A stretch of DNA of 64,000 nucleotides from Eledone cirrhosa (taxonomy: Eukaryota). A model generated the notes under the pieces. It was not told the origin of the DNA, searched no databases, and worked only from the letters and a program-made list of their open reading frames with translations. The DNA is taken from assembly GCA_964016885.1 (NCBI GenBank), contig OZ024742.1:341930001-341994000 (forward strand), written 5' to 3'. Position 1 is the first letter of the stretch. Each line of letters begins with the position of its first letter. A program made the position numbers and the translations under genes. Positions 41,951 through 55,921 of this stretch are shown here, one piece after another.

Positions 41951-42670
41951 TATGTTTCTTTTATTTGCCACTAGGGCATCAAAAGTGGGACAAGTACAAA
42001 GGGGGGAGTTTACACAAAAAGGCGTCCTCAATAAGGAGGAGGCAATAACAAAATATAAAAATAAAATAAGATATAACAAAAAAATAAAATTTATAACAAA
42101 ATCCTCAATAGAGAGGAGGCGCCTTGGGGGGTCGCACACACCCCCGAAAAAAGTGTGCAACCCTTCTCCTCAGGAGCACAGAGAAGGGGTGCTCCCTTGG
42201 TCTTTCATCTTCCTCACCTATAGTCTGATGTAGAGTGAAGGCCCATTCACACGGGCCATTCTCGCCACTTTCACCCACCTTTCATAAAAACGACTGGGGT
42301 GGAGCACCTCTCTCTCCATCCTGATCCTTCTTCCGAAATGATATCGGAAGAAACGGACCAGTTGTTGGCCAGAGAGAAAGGTGCCTGACCTCAGTCCTTT
42401 CAGACGCGTCCACCATACAACCTCTTTCGCCATGGCTATTACGCACAGAAACACCGCCTCTGCTTCATCTTTGAAGGGGGGAGGCGGCTTGATCATTACA
42501 ATAGACTCGGTGGTCAACCGGATCGGTCCCACCCTTGACAGCAGTTGTTCGACATAGCCCCACAGATCGGCAACGCCCGAGCAGTGTACCAATGCGTGTG
42601 CAACGGTTTCCTCGTCGCACACGCATCTGGGACAGATCTTTTTGGCGGGGTCCCTACCCGGGCGCCCGTG
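41951..42670 (-). mobile_element. 3' fragment of an L1/Tx1-type LINE (ORF2 C-terminus plus 3' UTR)
   Basis: Minus strand reads KICPRCVCDEETVAHALVHC...LWGYVEQLL (a CxxC-x7-H-x4-C knuckle followed by W), then ...KEVVWWTR...RW. An aataaa and an A-rich end lie near 41955-41965. Confidence 0.8.
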
Positions 42671-43660
42671 ACAGGTAGATAGGTAGTCAGGTAGACAGGT
42701 AGTCAGGTAGACAGGTAGATAGGTAGACAGGTATACAGTTAGATAGGTAGTCAGGTAGTCAGGTAGACAGGTAGACAGGCAGACAGGTAGATAGGTAGTC
42801 AGGTAGACAGTTAGACAGGTAGACAGGTAGATAGGTAGATAGGTAGTCAGGTAGATAGGTAGACAGGTAGTCAGGTAGATAGGTAGATAGGTAGTCAGGC
42901 AGATAGGTAGTCAGGTAGATAGGTAGACAGGTAGTCAGGTAGACAGGTAGATAGGTAGACAGGTAGTCAGGTAGACAGGTAGACAGGTAGACAGGTAGAT
43001 AGGTAGATAGGTAGTCAGGTAGATAGGTAGATAGGTAGTCAGGTAGATAGGTAGATAGGTAGTCAGGTAGATAGGTAGACAGGTAGTCAGGTAGACAGGT
43101 AGACAGGTAGACAGGTAGACAGGTAGTCAGGTAGATAGGTAGATAGGTAGACAGGTAGTCAGGTAGACAGGTAGACAGGTAGATAGGTAGTCAGGTAGAT
43201 AGGTAGACAGGTAGTCAGGTAGACAGGTAGACAGGTAGACAGGTAGACAGGTAGTCAGGTAGATAGGTAGATAGGTAGACAGGTAGTCAGGTAGACAGGT
43301 AGACAGGTAGATAGGTAGTCAGCTAGATAGGTAGATAGGTAGTCAGGTAGATAGGTAGACAGGTAGTCAGGTAGACAGGTAGACAGGTAGACGGGTAGTC
43401 AGGTAGATAGGTAGATAGGTAGTCAGGTAGACAGATAGTCAGGTAGACAGGTAGATAGGTAGACAGGTAATCAGGTAGACAGGTAGACAGGTAGACAGGT
43501 AGTCAGGTAGACAGGTAGTCAGGTAGACAGGTAGATAGGTAGTCAGGTAGACAGTTAGGCAGGTAGACAGGTAGATAGGTAGTCAGGTAGACAGGTAGAT
43601 AGGTAGACAGGTAGACAGGTAGACAGTTAGACAGGTAGACAGGTAGACAGGTAGATAGGT
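42671..43660. repeat. 8-bp minisatellite, right part
   Basis: Same units and orientation as 41484-41950. Confidence 0.97.
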
Positions 43661-43894
43661 ATACAAATGAAATATATAAGAATTAAATGAATCTAATTAC
43701 CTTAATTAGTTTCATGTATTTATTTTGATCTTGATTCAAACAACAATAAAGTTATCTAATTACAAAAAAATTTAACATGGAGGTATTGTCATCTCTAGAA
43801 TTTCTGCAAGTTTGTTTGATATTGTGAAAACTACTGTATAGTTATAGTTAGTTATTTATACATGCAATGTTCCTTTCTTCTGTCTTTTTCGTGT

Positions 43895-43895
<1 letters not shown>

Positions 43896-43987
<92 letters not shown>
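43896..43987. repeat. (GT)n microsatellite
   Basis: Direct inspection. Confidence 0.98.
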
Positions 43988-43989
<2 letters not shown>

Positions 43990-44321
43990 CCTATCTTTCT
44001 ACCTTTCTTTCTTCTTTCTTTCTTCTGAAACAGTTACTAATTAGTCAAGATGATCTCATTCGATAAATCAAAGTCACCCATAATAAATATCAATAAAATC
44101 AATAACTGAATTATTACATTATTGATAAATCTCTGGGAATTTTTTAAAGATCTTTGCTAATTTAAATTCTATTTTATTTTAATTCTATTTCTTCATCTCA
44201 ATAAATTATGTAAACTCGTTTTGGATTGTTGAAACTTATGATAATTGAAAACTATCAGTTTTATAATTCAAGAGAACATTCATCATGGGATATCATATTC
44301 TGCAATAGTCAGTAACAAGGT

Positions 44322-47300
44322 ATACCATCTCTAGTACATATATTACCATCTCTAGTACATATATTACTATCTAGCACATATATTATTGTTTCTAGTACAT
44401 ATAATAGTGTCTCTAGTACATATATGACTGTTTCTAGCACATATATTACTGTCTCTAGTAGATATATTACCATCTCTAGTATATATATTACTGTCTCTAG
44501 TACATATATGACTGTTTCTAGCACATGTATTACTGTCTCTAGTAGATATATTACCATCTCTAGTATATATATTACTGTCTCTAATACATATATGACTGTT
44601 TCTAGCACATATATTACTGTCTCTAGTACATACATTACTGTCTCTAGTACATATATTACTGTCTCTAGTACATATATTAGTCTCTAGTACATATATTACT
44701 GTCTCTAGTACATATATTACTGTCTCTAGTACATATATTACTGTCTCTAGTATATATATTACTGTCGCTAGTACATATATTACTGTCTCTAGTACATATA
44801 TTACTGTCTCTAGTACATATATTACTGTTTGTAGTACATATATTACTGTCTCTAGTATATATATTACTGTCACTAGTACATATATTACTGTCTCTAGTAC
44901 ATATATTACTGTCTCTAGTACATATATTACTGTGTCTAGTACATATATTACTGTCTCTAGTACATATATTACTGTCTCTAGTACATATATTACTGTCTGT
45001 AGTACATATTTTACTGTCTTTAGTACATATATTACTGTCTCTAGTACATATATTACTGTCACTAGTACATATATTACTGTCTGTAGTACATATATTACTG
45101 TCTGTAGTACATATATTACTGTCTCTAGTACATATATTACTGTCTCTAGTACATATATTACTGTCTGTAGTACATACATTACTGTCTCTGGTATATATAC
45201 ATTACTGTCTCTAGTACATATATTACTGTCTCTAGTACATATATTACTGTCTGTAGTACAAATATTACTGTCTCTAGTATATATATTACTGTCTCTAGTA
45301 CATATATTACTGTCTGTAGTACATATATTACTGTCTCTAGTTCATATATTACTGTCTGTAGTACATATATTACTGTCTGTAGTACATATATTATTGTCTC
45401 TAGTAGATATATTACCATCTCTAGTACATATATTACTGTCTCTAGTACATATATTACTGTCACTAGTACATATATTATTGTCTCTAGTACAAGTATTACT
45501 GTCTAGTACATATATTACTGTCTCTAGTACATATATTACTGTCTCTAGTACATATATTACTGTCTGTAGTACATATATTACTGTCTCTAGTTCATATATT
45601 ACTGTCTGTAGTACATATATTACTGTCACTAGTACATATATTACTGTCTGTAGTACATATATTACTGTCTCTAGTTCATATATTACTGTCACTAGTACAT
45701 ATATTACTGTCTGTAGTACATATATTACTGTCTGTAGTACATATATTACTGTCTGTAGTACATATATTACTGTCTGTAGTACATATATTACTGTCTGTAG
45801 TACATATATTACTGTCTGTAGTACATATATTACTGTCTCTAGTACATATATTACTGTCTGTAGTACATATATTACTGTCTCTAGTTCATATATTACTGTC
45901 ACTAGTTCATATATTACTGTCACTAGTACATATATTACTGTCTGTAGTACATATATTACTGTCTGTAGTACATATATTACTGTCTGTAGTACATATATTA
46001 CTGTCTCTAGTACATATATTACTGTCTGTAGTACATATATTACTGTCTCTAGTACATATATTACTGTCTGTAGTACATATATTACTGTCTCTAGTACATA
46101 TATTACTGTCTCTAGTACATATATTACTGTCTCTAGTACATATATTACTGTCTCTAGTACATATATTACTGTCTCTAGTACATATATTACTGTCTCTAGT
46201 ACATATATTACTGTCTCTAGTACATACATTACTGTCTCTAGTACATATATTACTTCTCTAGTACATATATTACTGTCCTAGTACATATCTAACAGTGTCT
46301 AGTACATATATTACTATCTCTAGTACATATATTACTGTCTCTAGTACATATATTACTGTCTCTAGTACATATATTACTGTCTCTAGTACATATATTACTG
46401 TCTCTAGTACATATATTACTGTCTCTAGTACATATATTACTGTGTAGTATATATATTACTGTCTCTAGTACATATATTACCATCTAGTACATATATTACT
46501 GTCTGTAGTACATATATTACTGTCTGTAGTACATATATTACTGTCACTAGTACATATATTACTGTCTCTAGTACATATATTACTGTCTCTAGTACATATA
46601 TTACTGTCTCTAGTACATATATTACTGTCTCTAGTACATATATTACTGTCTCTAGTACATATATTACTGTCTGTAGTACATATATTACTGTCTCTAGTAC
46701 ATATATTACTGTCTCTAGTACATATATTACTGTCTCTAGTACATATATTACATCTAGTACATATATTACCATCTTTAGTACATATATTACTGTCTCTAGT
46801 ACATATATTACCATCTAGTACATATATTATCATCTCTAGTCCATATATTACTGACTCTAGTCCATATATTACTGTCAGTAGTACATATATTACTGCTTCT
46901 AGTAGATATATTACTGTCTCTAATACATATATTACTCTCTCAGTACATATATTACTGTCTCTAGTACACATATTACTGTCTCTAGTACATATATTACTGT
47001 CTCTAGTACATATATTACGATCACTAGTAGATATATTGCTGTCTGTATTACATATATTACTGCGTATAGTAGATACATTAGCATCTCTAGTTTATATGTT
47101 ACCATCTCTAGTACATATATTACCGTATCTAGTAGATATATGATCATTCTAGTACATATATTGCTGTCTCTAGTACATATATTACTGTCTCTAGTACATA
47201 TGTTACTGTCTTGTAGATATATTAGTATCTATAGTACAAATATTACTGTCTCTAGTACATATATTATTGTCTCTAGTAGATATATTACCATCTCTAGTAC

Positions 47301-50075
47301 ATATATTACTGTTTCTATTACATATATTACTGTCTCTAGCACATATATATATCTGTCTCTAGTAGATATATTACTGTTTAGTACATATATTACTGTCTCT
47401 AGTACATATATTACAAACTCTAGTACATATATTACCATCTCTAGTACATATATTACAGTCAATAATACATACATTACTGTCTCTAATAGATATATTACTG
47501 TCTCTAGTACATATATTACTGTCTTTAGTTAATATATTACTGTCTTTAGTAGATACGTTACTATCTCTAGTACATATGTTACTGCCTCTTGTAGATATAT
47601 TACTGTCTCTAGTAGATATATTACTGTTTCCAGTAGATATATTACCATCTCTAGTACATATATTACTATTTCTAATACATATATTACTGCCTCTAGTAGA
47701 TATATTAGCCTCTCTAGTACATATATTACCCTCTCTATTACATATATTACTGTCTCTAGTACATATATTACTGTCTCTAGTACATTTATTACTGTTTCTA
47801 GTACATATATTACTGTCGCTAGTACATATCATAAAGTCTCTAGTACAAATATTACTGTCTCTAGTACATATATTACCATCACTAGTAGATATATTACTGC
47901 CTGTACTACATATATTACTGTCTCTACTACATACATTACTGTGTCTAGTACATATATTACTGTCTCTAGTTGCTATATTACTGTCTCTAGTACATATATT
48001 ACCACATCTAGTACATATATTATTGTCTCTAGTACATATATTACTGTCTGTAGTACATATATTACTGTCTCTAGTACAAATATTCCTGTCTTTTGTACAT
48101 ACATTACCATGTCTTGTACTTATATTACTGACTCTAGTACATATATTACTATCTCTAGTACATATATTACTGTCTCTATTATGTATATATTATTCTTTCT
48201 AGTACATGTATTACTGTCTCTAGTACATATATTACTATCTCTAGTACATTTATTACATTCTCTAGTACATATATCACCATCTCTAGCACATATATTACCA
48301 TTTCTAATACACATATTACTGTCTCTAGTACATATATCCCCATCTCCTTGTACATATGTTACCATCTCTACTACATGCATTACTTCTCCAGTACATATAT
48401 TACTCTCACTAGTACATATATTACCATCTCTAGTAGATATATTACCATGTCTAGTACATATATTACTGTCTCTAGTTCATATATTACTGTCTGTAGTACA
48501 TATATTACTGTCTCTAGTACATATATTACTGTCTGTAGTACCTATATTACTGTCTCTATTAGATATATTACTGTCTCTAGTACATATATTACTGTCTCTA
48601 GTACATATATTACTGTCTCTATTAGATATATTACTGTCTCTAGTACATATATTACTGTCTCTAGTTCATATATTACTGTCATTAGTACATATATCACTGT
48701 CTCTAGTACATATATTACTGTCTCTAGTACATATATTACTGTCTCTAGTACATATATTACTGTCTCTAGTATATATATTACTGTCACTAGTACATATATT
48801 ACTGTCTGTAGTACATATATTACTGTCTGTAGTACATATATTACTGTCACTAGTACATATATTACTGTCTGTAGTACATATATTACTGTCACTAGTACAT
48901 ATATTACTGTCTGTAGTACATATATTACTGTCTCTAGTTCATATATTACTGTCACTAGTACATATATTACTGTCTGTAGTACATATATCACTGTCTCTAG
49001 TTCATATATTACTGTCTCTAGTACATATATTACTGTCTCTAGTACATATATTACTGTCTCTAGTATATATATTACTGTCACTAGTACATATATTACTGTC
49101 TGTAGTACATATATTACTGTCTCTAGTTCATATATTACTGTCACTAGTACATATATTACTGTCTGTAGTACATATATCACTGTCTCTAGTTCATATATTA
49201 CTGTCACTAGTACATATATTACTGTCTGTAGTACATATATTACTGTCTGTAGTACATATATTACTGTCTCTAGTTCATATATTACTGTCTGTAGTACATA
49301 TATTACTGTCTGTAGTACATATATTACTGTCTCTAGTTCATATATTACTGTCTGTAGTACAAATATTACTGTCTCTAGTTCATATATTACTGTCTCTAGT
49401 ACAAACATTACTGTCTCTAGTACATATATGACTGTCTGTAGTACCTATATTATTGTCTCTAGTACATATATTACTGTCTCTATTAGATATATTACTGTCT
49501 CTAGTACATATATTACTCTCTCTAGTACATATATTACTGTGTCTAGTACATATATTACTGTGTCTAGTACCTATATTACTGTCTCTAGTACATATATTAC
49601 TGTCTCTATTTGATATATTACTGTCTCTAGTACATATATTACTGTCTCTAGTACATATATTACTCTCTCTGGTACATATATTACTGTCTCTAGTACATAT
49701 ATTACTGTCTCTAGTTCATATATTATTGTCTCTAGTACATATATTACTGTCTCTAGTTCATATATTACTGTCTTTAGTACATATATTACTGTCTCTATTA
49801 GATATATTACTGTTTCTAGTACATATATTACTGTGTCTAGTACATATATTACTGTGTCTAGTACATATATTACTGTCTGTAGTACAAATATTACTGTCTC
49901 TAGTACATATATTATTGTCTCTAGTAGATATATTACCATCTCTAGTACATATATTACTGTTTCTATTACATATATTACTGTCTCTAGTACATATATTACT
50001 GTCTCTAGTACATATATTACTGTCTCTAGTACATATATTACTGTCTGTAGTACAAATATTACTGTCTCTAGTACA
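44322..50075. repeat. 21-bp minisatellite (actgtctctagtacatatatt)n, left part
   Basis: 21-bp period. A more diverged block lies at ~46750-48450. This repeat is the source of the VIYVLET / STYITVS / LVHILLS ORFs. Confidence 0.98.
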
Positions 50076-50166
50076 TGTAGCAGTGGCCTCCCTTGTTGTG
50101 ACTCACAACCCCAATAGATTAACAACATCTAGACGGGAAGTAGAACCCTCTCCGTAACTTCCGGTC

Positions 50167-50198
50167 AGAGCCCTATAAAACGAATAGCTTTGGGCTCT
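50167..50198 (+). promoter_or_regulatory. Putative LTR TATA box (ctataaaa) inside a short inverted repeat agagccc...gggctct
   Basis: The motif is present in both LTRs. Function is inferred from position only. Confidence 0.45.
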
Positions 50199-50426
50199 CT
50201 CTCTCTCATTTGCCCTTCCGGCGCCTGGCCTTAGCCAGGCGTCTTCTGCCAGCCGCGTTTGCCTGGCAATCAAAACGGTAACTACTAACTTTGCTTCATT
50301 CTATCATCTATTTCTTTGACATTTCAACTATACTGTTCTATATATATCCATGATTGTTAATTAAATATTATACACACAAACCATGTCTCCTTGTTACATT
50401 CATACAACCCAGTATCTTCGCTATAT

Positions 50427-50458
50427 TGGTAACCCTGACGTGATACGAACACGCAGCC
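50427..50458 (+). promoter_or_regulatory. tRNA-Trp primer binding site with extended tRNA complementarity
   Basis: tggtaaccctgacgtgat-acgaacacgcagcc compared with the complement of the metazoan tRNA-Trp 3' end, TGGTGACCCCGACGTGAT-TYGAACACGCAACC (tRNA sequence from recall). Confidence 0.85.
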
Positions 50459-52086
50459 GTTCATCGCTATAAGTGGTCACCCCAAAAAAAGAAAAAGATA
50501 GCAGAATATGGCGTTGTGTGAGTAACATTACGAATACACAGCAAATTTATTGACAAACTATGAAAATACTCAGTAAAAGAAACGAACACACCACGCACAT
50601 GTGAAATTTTCGCACAGACAGACTTTTTCACTCACGCATCAACTAACTGTCGCATTTCACAATATATATATATATTTCCCCTTTGTTACAACGAACACTT
50701 TCAAAACAAAAAAAAAAAAAGAAATTTGATATTCTTTAAAAAACATTTCAACAAGAACATTTATTTTCGATGAACCATTGCCTTTTTTTTTATCGTGTTC
50801 TTCATCGTTCAAGTTTTTTTTTCCAAAGTTCACACCAATAATTATGCTAAGTGAAGCCTTTCTTTTTCATCATTGTCACTTTCACACTTGTACTATCATT
50901 TTCTCGCGCGTTAGAAATATTATTTTTTCAACCTAGCTTAACCTTGTGTTGGCACGTGTGGGCAGCACAAATTCTCGACTCACAGAGATATCTCGACTCA
51001 CAGAGATAGCCGCACGCCAGAGATAACGTTTCTCGCCAAGGATTCTTCAGCCTTAAGTTATATTCTCCTATTTGCCGGTTTAAAAATTTACCACGTAAAT
51101 TTGCCGTTGAAAACTGCGCATTTATTCAGAATGCTTATTTCTTTGGTCGCTGGCCTCTTGACCCTTCCAGGTCAACGCATTCTCAACATCGACCATCAAC
51201 TTCGGCTGTTATTTCTAGCACTTTGCGCAACTCATTTTTTCTGAAAAAAATTTTTTTACTGTGAATTTGAACACCGAATACGCTCACTCCGCGAGACAAC
51301 ATCCACAGCAACACAGCTTCACCAACAACCAAAACCAGCAGAACAAGCCAGAGAATTTATTTTTGCAGCACTCTTCCTGTGAGAAAATCCATTCGGAGGT
51401 TGGAAATTTCACGATATACCACAGAACAGAAACCACCTGCATTCATTCTCTGAAACACACTTTCTTTCCTGCTGTCATGTGATTGCACACCTGTGAACTA
51501 TATGTTGTACATTTGAACTTTGAGCTCTTCTCTTACTTTATTACATTGTATCTTTGGGTAATGGAGAGATAGATGTCCAGTCGTTCTCTGGCCAAGAGCG
51601 GTTGGCTACCTTGACATCTATCATTGATTTTTGCAAACATTCTTTTGTCGTAATTTGCATGCCTGTTACAACATTCTCGCCAACTTGCTACATATTTCAT
51701 TCGATTTTTATATTCTAAAATTCTGGCGGGAGGTTATGTAGCAGTGGCCTCCCTTGTTGTGACTCACAACCCCAATAGATTAACAACATCTAGACGGGAA
51801 GTAGAACCCTTTCTGTAACTTCCGGTCAGAGCCCTATAAAACGAATAGCTTTGGGCTCTCTCCCTCTCATTTGCCCTTCCGGCGCCTGGCCTTAGCCAGT
51901 CGTCTTCTGACAGCCGCGTTTGCCTGGCAATCAAAACGGTAACTACTAACTTTGCTTCATTCTATCATCTATTACTTTGACATGTCAACTATACGGTTCT
52001 ATATATATCCATGATTGTTAATTAAATATTATACACACAAACCATGTCTCCTTGTTACATTCATACAACCCAGTATCTTCGCTATA

Positions 52087-53385
52087 TACATATATTACTG
52101 TCTGTAGTACATATATTACTGTCTCTAGTACATATATTACTGTCTCTAGTATATATATTACTGTCTCTAGTACATATATTACTGTCTCTAGTACATATAT
52201 TACTGTCTCTAGTAGATATATTACTGTCTCTAGTACATATATTACAGTCAATAGTACATACATTACTGTCTCTAGTACATATATTACTCTCACTAGTACA
52301 TATATTACTGTCTCTAGTACATATATTACTGTCTCTAGTAGATATATTACTGTCTCTAGTACATATATTACAGTCAATAGTACATACATTACTGTCTCTA
52401 GTACATATATTACTGTTTCTAGTACATATATTACTGTCTATAGTACATATATTACTGTCTGTAGTACAAATATTACTGTCTCTAGTACATATATTACTGT
52501 CTCTAGTACATATATTACTGTCTCTAGTACATATATTACTGTCTCTAGTACATATATTACTGTCTCTAGTACATATATTACTGTCTGTAGTACATATATT
52601 AATGTCTCTAGTACTTGTATTACTGTCTCTAGTACATATATTACTGTCTCTAGTACATATATTACTGTCTGTAGTACAAATATTACTGTCTCTAGTACAT
52701 ATATTACTGTCTGTAGTACATATATTACTGTCTCTAGTACATATATTACTGTCTCTAGTACATATATTACTGTCTCTAGTAGATATATTACTGTCTCTAG
52801 TACATATATTACTGTCTCTAGTACATATATTACTGTCTCTAGTACATATATTACTGTCTCTAGTACATATATTACTGTCTGTAGTACATATATTACTGTC
52901 TCTAGTTCATATATTACTGTCACTAGTACATACATTACTGTCTCTAGTAGATATATTACTGTCTCTAGTACATATATTACAGTCAATAGTACATACATTA
53001 CTGTCTCTAGTACATATATTACTGTCTCTAGTACATATATTACTGTCTCTAGTACATATATTACTGTCTCTAGTACATATATTACTGTCTCTAGTACATA
53101 TATTACTGTCTGTAGTACATACATTACTGTCTCTAGTACATATATTACTGTCTGTAGTACATATATTACTGTCTCTAGTACATACATTACTGTCTCTAGT
53201 ACATATATTACTGTCTGTAGTACATATATTACTGTCTCTAGTACATATATTACTGTCTTTAGTACATATATTACTGTCTCTAGTAGATATATTACTGTCT
53301 CTAGTACATATATTACTGTCACTAGTACATATATTACTGTCTCTAGTACATATATTACTGTTTCTAGTAGATATATTACAGTATA
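52087..53385. repeat. 21-bp minisatellite, right part
   Basis: Resumes in phase after the LTR element (ctctag-taca-tatatt). Confidence 0.98.
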
Positions 53386-53922
53386 TATATTAAATTCAAA
53401 ATCAGAAATATTTAACCTACAAATAAAGTTTACAAATATAGTAAATATGTATGAGTATATTTATCATAACTTAATCACATATCACCCTCTGTATATGCAT
53501 TTTATATAATGTTTAGAATTATTAACATTATAAACATTACAAACAGTTTAAATCAATAGTTGTCAATTACATATAGGACTAATTAATAGTGTGATTTTGA
53601 ATTTTGTAACAAAATATTGAATATATTTATTAATTTAACTATACTTCTGATTATGATTGAAAATATTTCATATTGTTTAATTTTGATTTAATATATTAGT
53701 ATAATTTCTGTCAAACATAACCAAATACAATTGATAGTAATAATTTTAACAGTATTTAATTGGACGCTTCTACCTGACTTAATATTTGAAAACAACTGTC
53801 ACGCATCATGTCCCTTTCTTCTTTCTTTCTTTCCTGTTGCAGTTATGTATTACATCCTCTCTTTTATCTCCATCTCCCTCCTTTTTATCTTCATCTATTT
53901 TTCCCTCCTCTCTTCTATTTAG

Positions 53923-53924
<2 letters not shown>

Positions 53925-54019
<95 letters not shown>
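53925..54019. repeat. (CT)n microsatellite
   Basis: Direct inspection. Confidence 0.97.
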
Positions 54020-54357
54020 ACTTCTGTTTCTTCTCTAACATGAATATTTAAATATTTTAACATTTATGTACTTATGTGTTTATTTATTTATTTATTTTAT
54101 ATTTTCTCATACCCACCCCCTCTTGATACTTATATCTCGCTCCACATCCCTCTCTTCATCATATTTAGTTTGTCATGTTATTCCTTCTTGTGGTATATAA
54201 ACATAGAGTTTTGTTGTAATAAATCACTGCCAAGACTGAAATTAAACCATCAAGACAGTTGAGGTATGTCGTACATCAATTTATGTATTTTATCTGATGA
54301 GGACGTAAAACATATATTTTGATTATGTGAACGTTTTCATTTATTAATATTTTGAAT

Positions 54358-54584
<227 letters not shown>

Positions 54585-54616
54585 ATTGACATATAGATAA
54601 AGTCACAGATATATAT

Positions 54617-55337
54617 GTGGCAACCGTTCACGATGTGGCTCAATGAAGAATTAATAAATTAAATAATCAGAGCAATATATCATAAATCATGTCCTTAGAA
54701 TTATTAGATAAAATATATACTATTTCCTCTCCCAATTAGCGCAATTAACCATATAAAAAATCAATTAGACCAGGCTATAAGAATAAAGGCTCCTATGAAG
54801 AAATATTTGATAAATAACCGAAAGCAGCCTCTTCGCGGTTGACCACAATAGAGTATTTACCCAACATTTCAACAGCATGTAGAAACTGACCAAATATACC
54901 GTCAACCATACACAATTAGGTATAAATTTAAAATTAGAAGAAATGGGTACATACCGTAATTATATCTCTACCATGGTTCGTTCGTATTTTGAGATATCCT
55001 GTTAAGGATAAATCTCGAGTATCGAACTCATCAGGAGACAAACTCAATAGGACAGTTAATTTTCCAAAGCGATCCCGCCAGAAATAGATTCAAAAAATGG
55101 CTAAGAATCGTGACGTGGCAGTGGTCAAGTTAGAAAGAATGTGATTAGTTGCTTACGGCGAGTAGGCTGGTTGCTAGAAATCGTAGCCCAATATCGCCCA
55201 AATTGCATCTCAATCCAACGAGAGATTATTATTCTTATAGCCTGGTCTAATTGATTTTTTATATGGTTAATTGCGCTAATTGGGAGAGGAAATTGTATAT
55301 ATTTTATCTAATAATTCTAAGGACATGATTTATGATA
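54617..55337 (-). mobile_element. Penelope-like pLTR remnant, family A (diverged copy), with inverted 5' segment
   Basis: 109-bp inverted repeat 54678-54786 / 55229-55337. Colinear with the reverse complement of 56575-57185. Contains a hammerhead motif and is flanked by (TA)n. Left boundary is approximate. Confidence 0.75.
54963..55040 (-). ncRNA. Minimal type I hammerhead ribozyme motif, one A missing from GAAA (probably inactive)
   Basis: tgtctc CTGATGA gttcg...cgaac GAA ccatgg TA gagata. Stem I tgtctc/gagata, long stem II, palindromic stem III. Confidence 0.75.
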
Positions 55338-55354
55338 CACATATATATATATAT

Positions 55355-55558
55355 ATAGGAACGAGTAGGACCCCGACGGCTGAGCTCAAGCCGTTTCGAC
55401 GGCTAATTCTGAACTAAATTTAGTCCAGAATTAGCCGTCGAAACGGCTTGAGCTCAGCCGTCGGGGTCCTACTCGTTCCTATTACCCACTCTACTACCCT
55501 AAGTATTGAGTACTTTGGTGCCTTATGGTCCACCTGGTTCCTTACCACATTTCCTTCG

Positions 55559-55560
<2 letters not shown>
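55355..55560 (+). mobile_element. Penelope-like remnant, family B: 128-bp palindrome plus ~78-bp 3' tail
   Basis: 55355-55482 is self-complementary with one mismatch. It contains a hammerhead 3' half (cGAAAcggct-tgagctc-agccgTC-ggggtc). The tail recurs at 62787-62868 and 63537-63620. Confidence 0.8.
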
Positions 55561-55606
<46 letters not shown>

Positions 55607-55666
55607 TCATTTATATATATCTATATATTTATATATATATATATCCATATATATATATATATATAT

Positions 55667-55714
<48 letters not shown>

Positions 55715-55843
55715 CCATTTCTCCGAGGGTTCTTAACCCCACTATCAGGCTAAATAATTTCTTTAATTTCTTTAGTCAAAATACGGCGATAGCTTACATT
55801 TCTAATAATTTCGAACCCACTCGCTGTTTCGAAAATATTCTTA

Positions 55844-55921
<78 letters not shown>

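Larger units (their letters stand above)
50076..52086 (+). mobile_element. Non-autonomous LTR retrotransposon (Gypsy-like), 2011 bp
   Basis: 350-bp direct LTRs at 50076-50425 and 51737-52086 (tgtagc...gctata, about 8 differences by eye). A 4-bp TSD taca lies at 50072-50075 and 52087-52090. PBS at 50427, purine-rich tract tggcgggagg at 51724-51733. No gag/pol ORF internally. Confidence 0.95.

Noticed and set aside
44309-53509. Long ORFs up to 496 aa on both strands (VIYVLET, STYITVS, LVHILLS)
   Set aside because: The 21-bp unit is a multiple of 3 and stop-free in several frames. There is no codon-position bias, and the array is interrupted by an LTR element.
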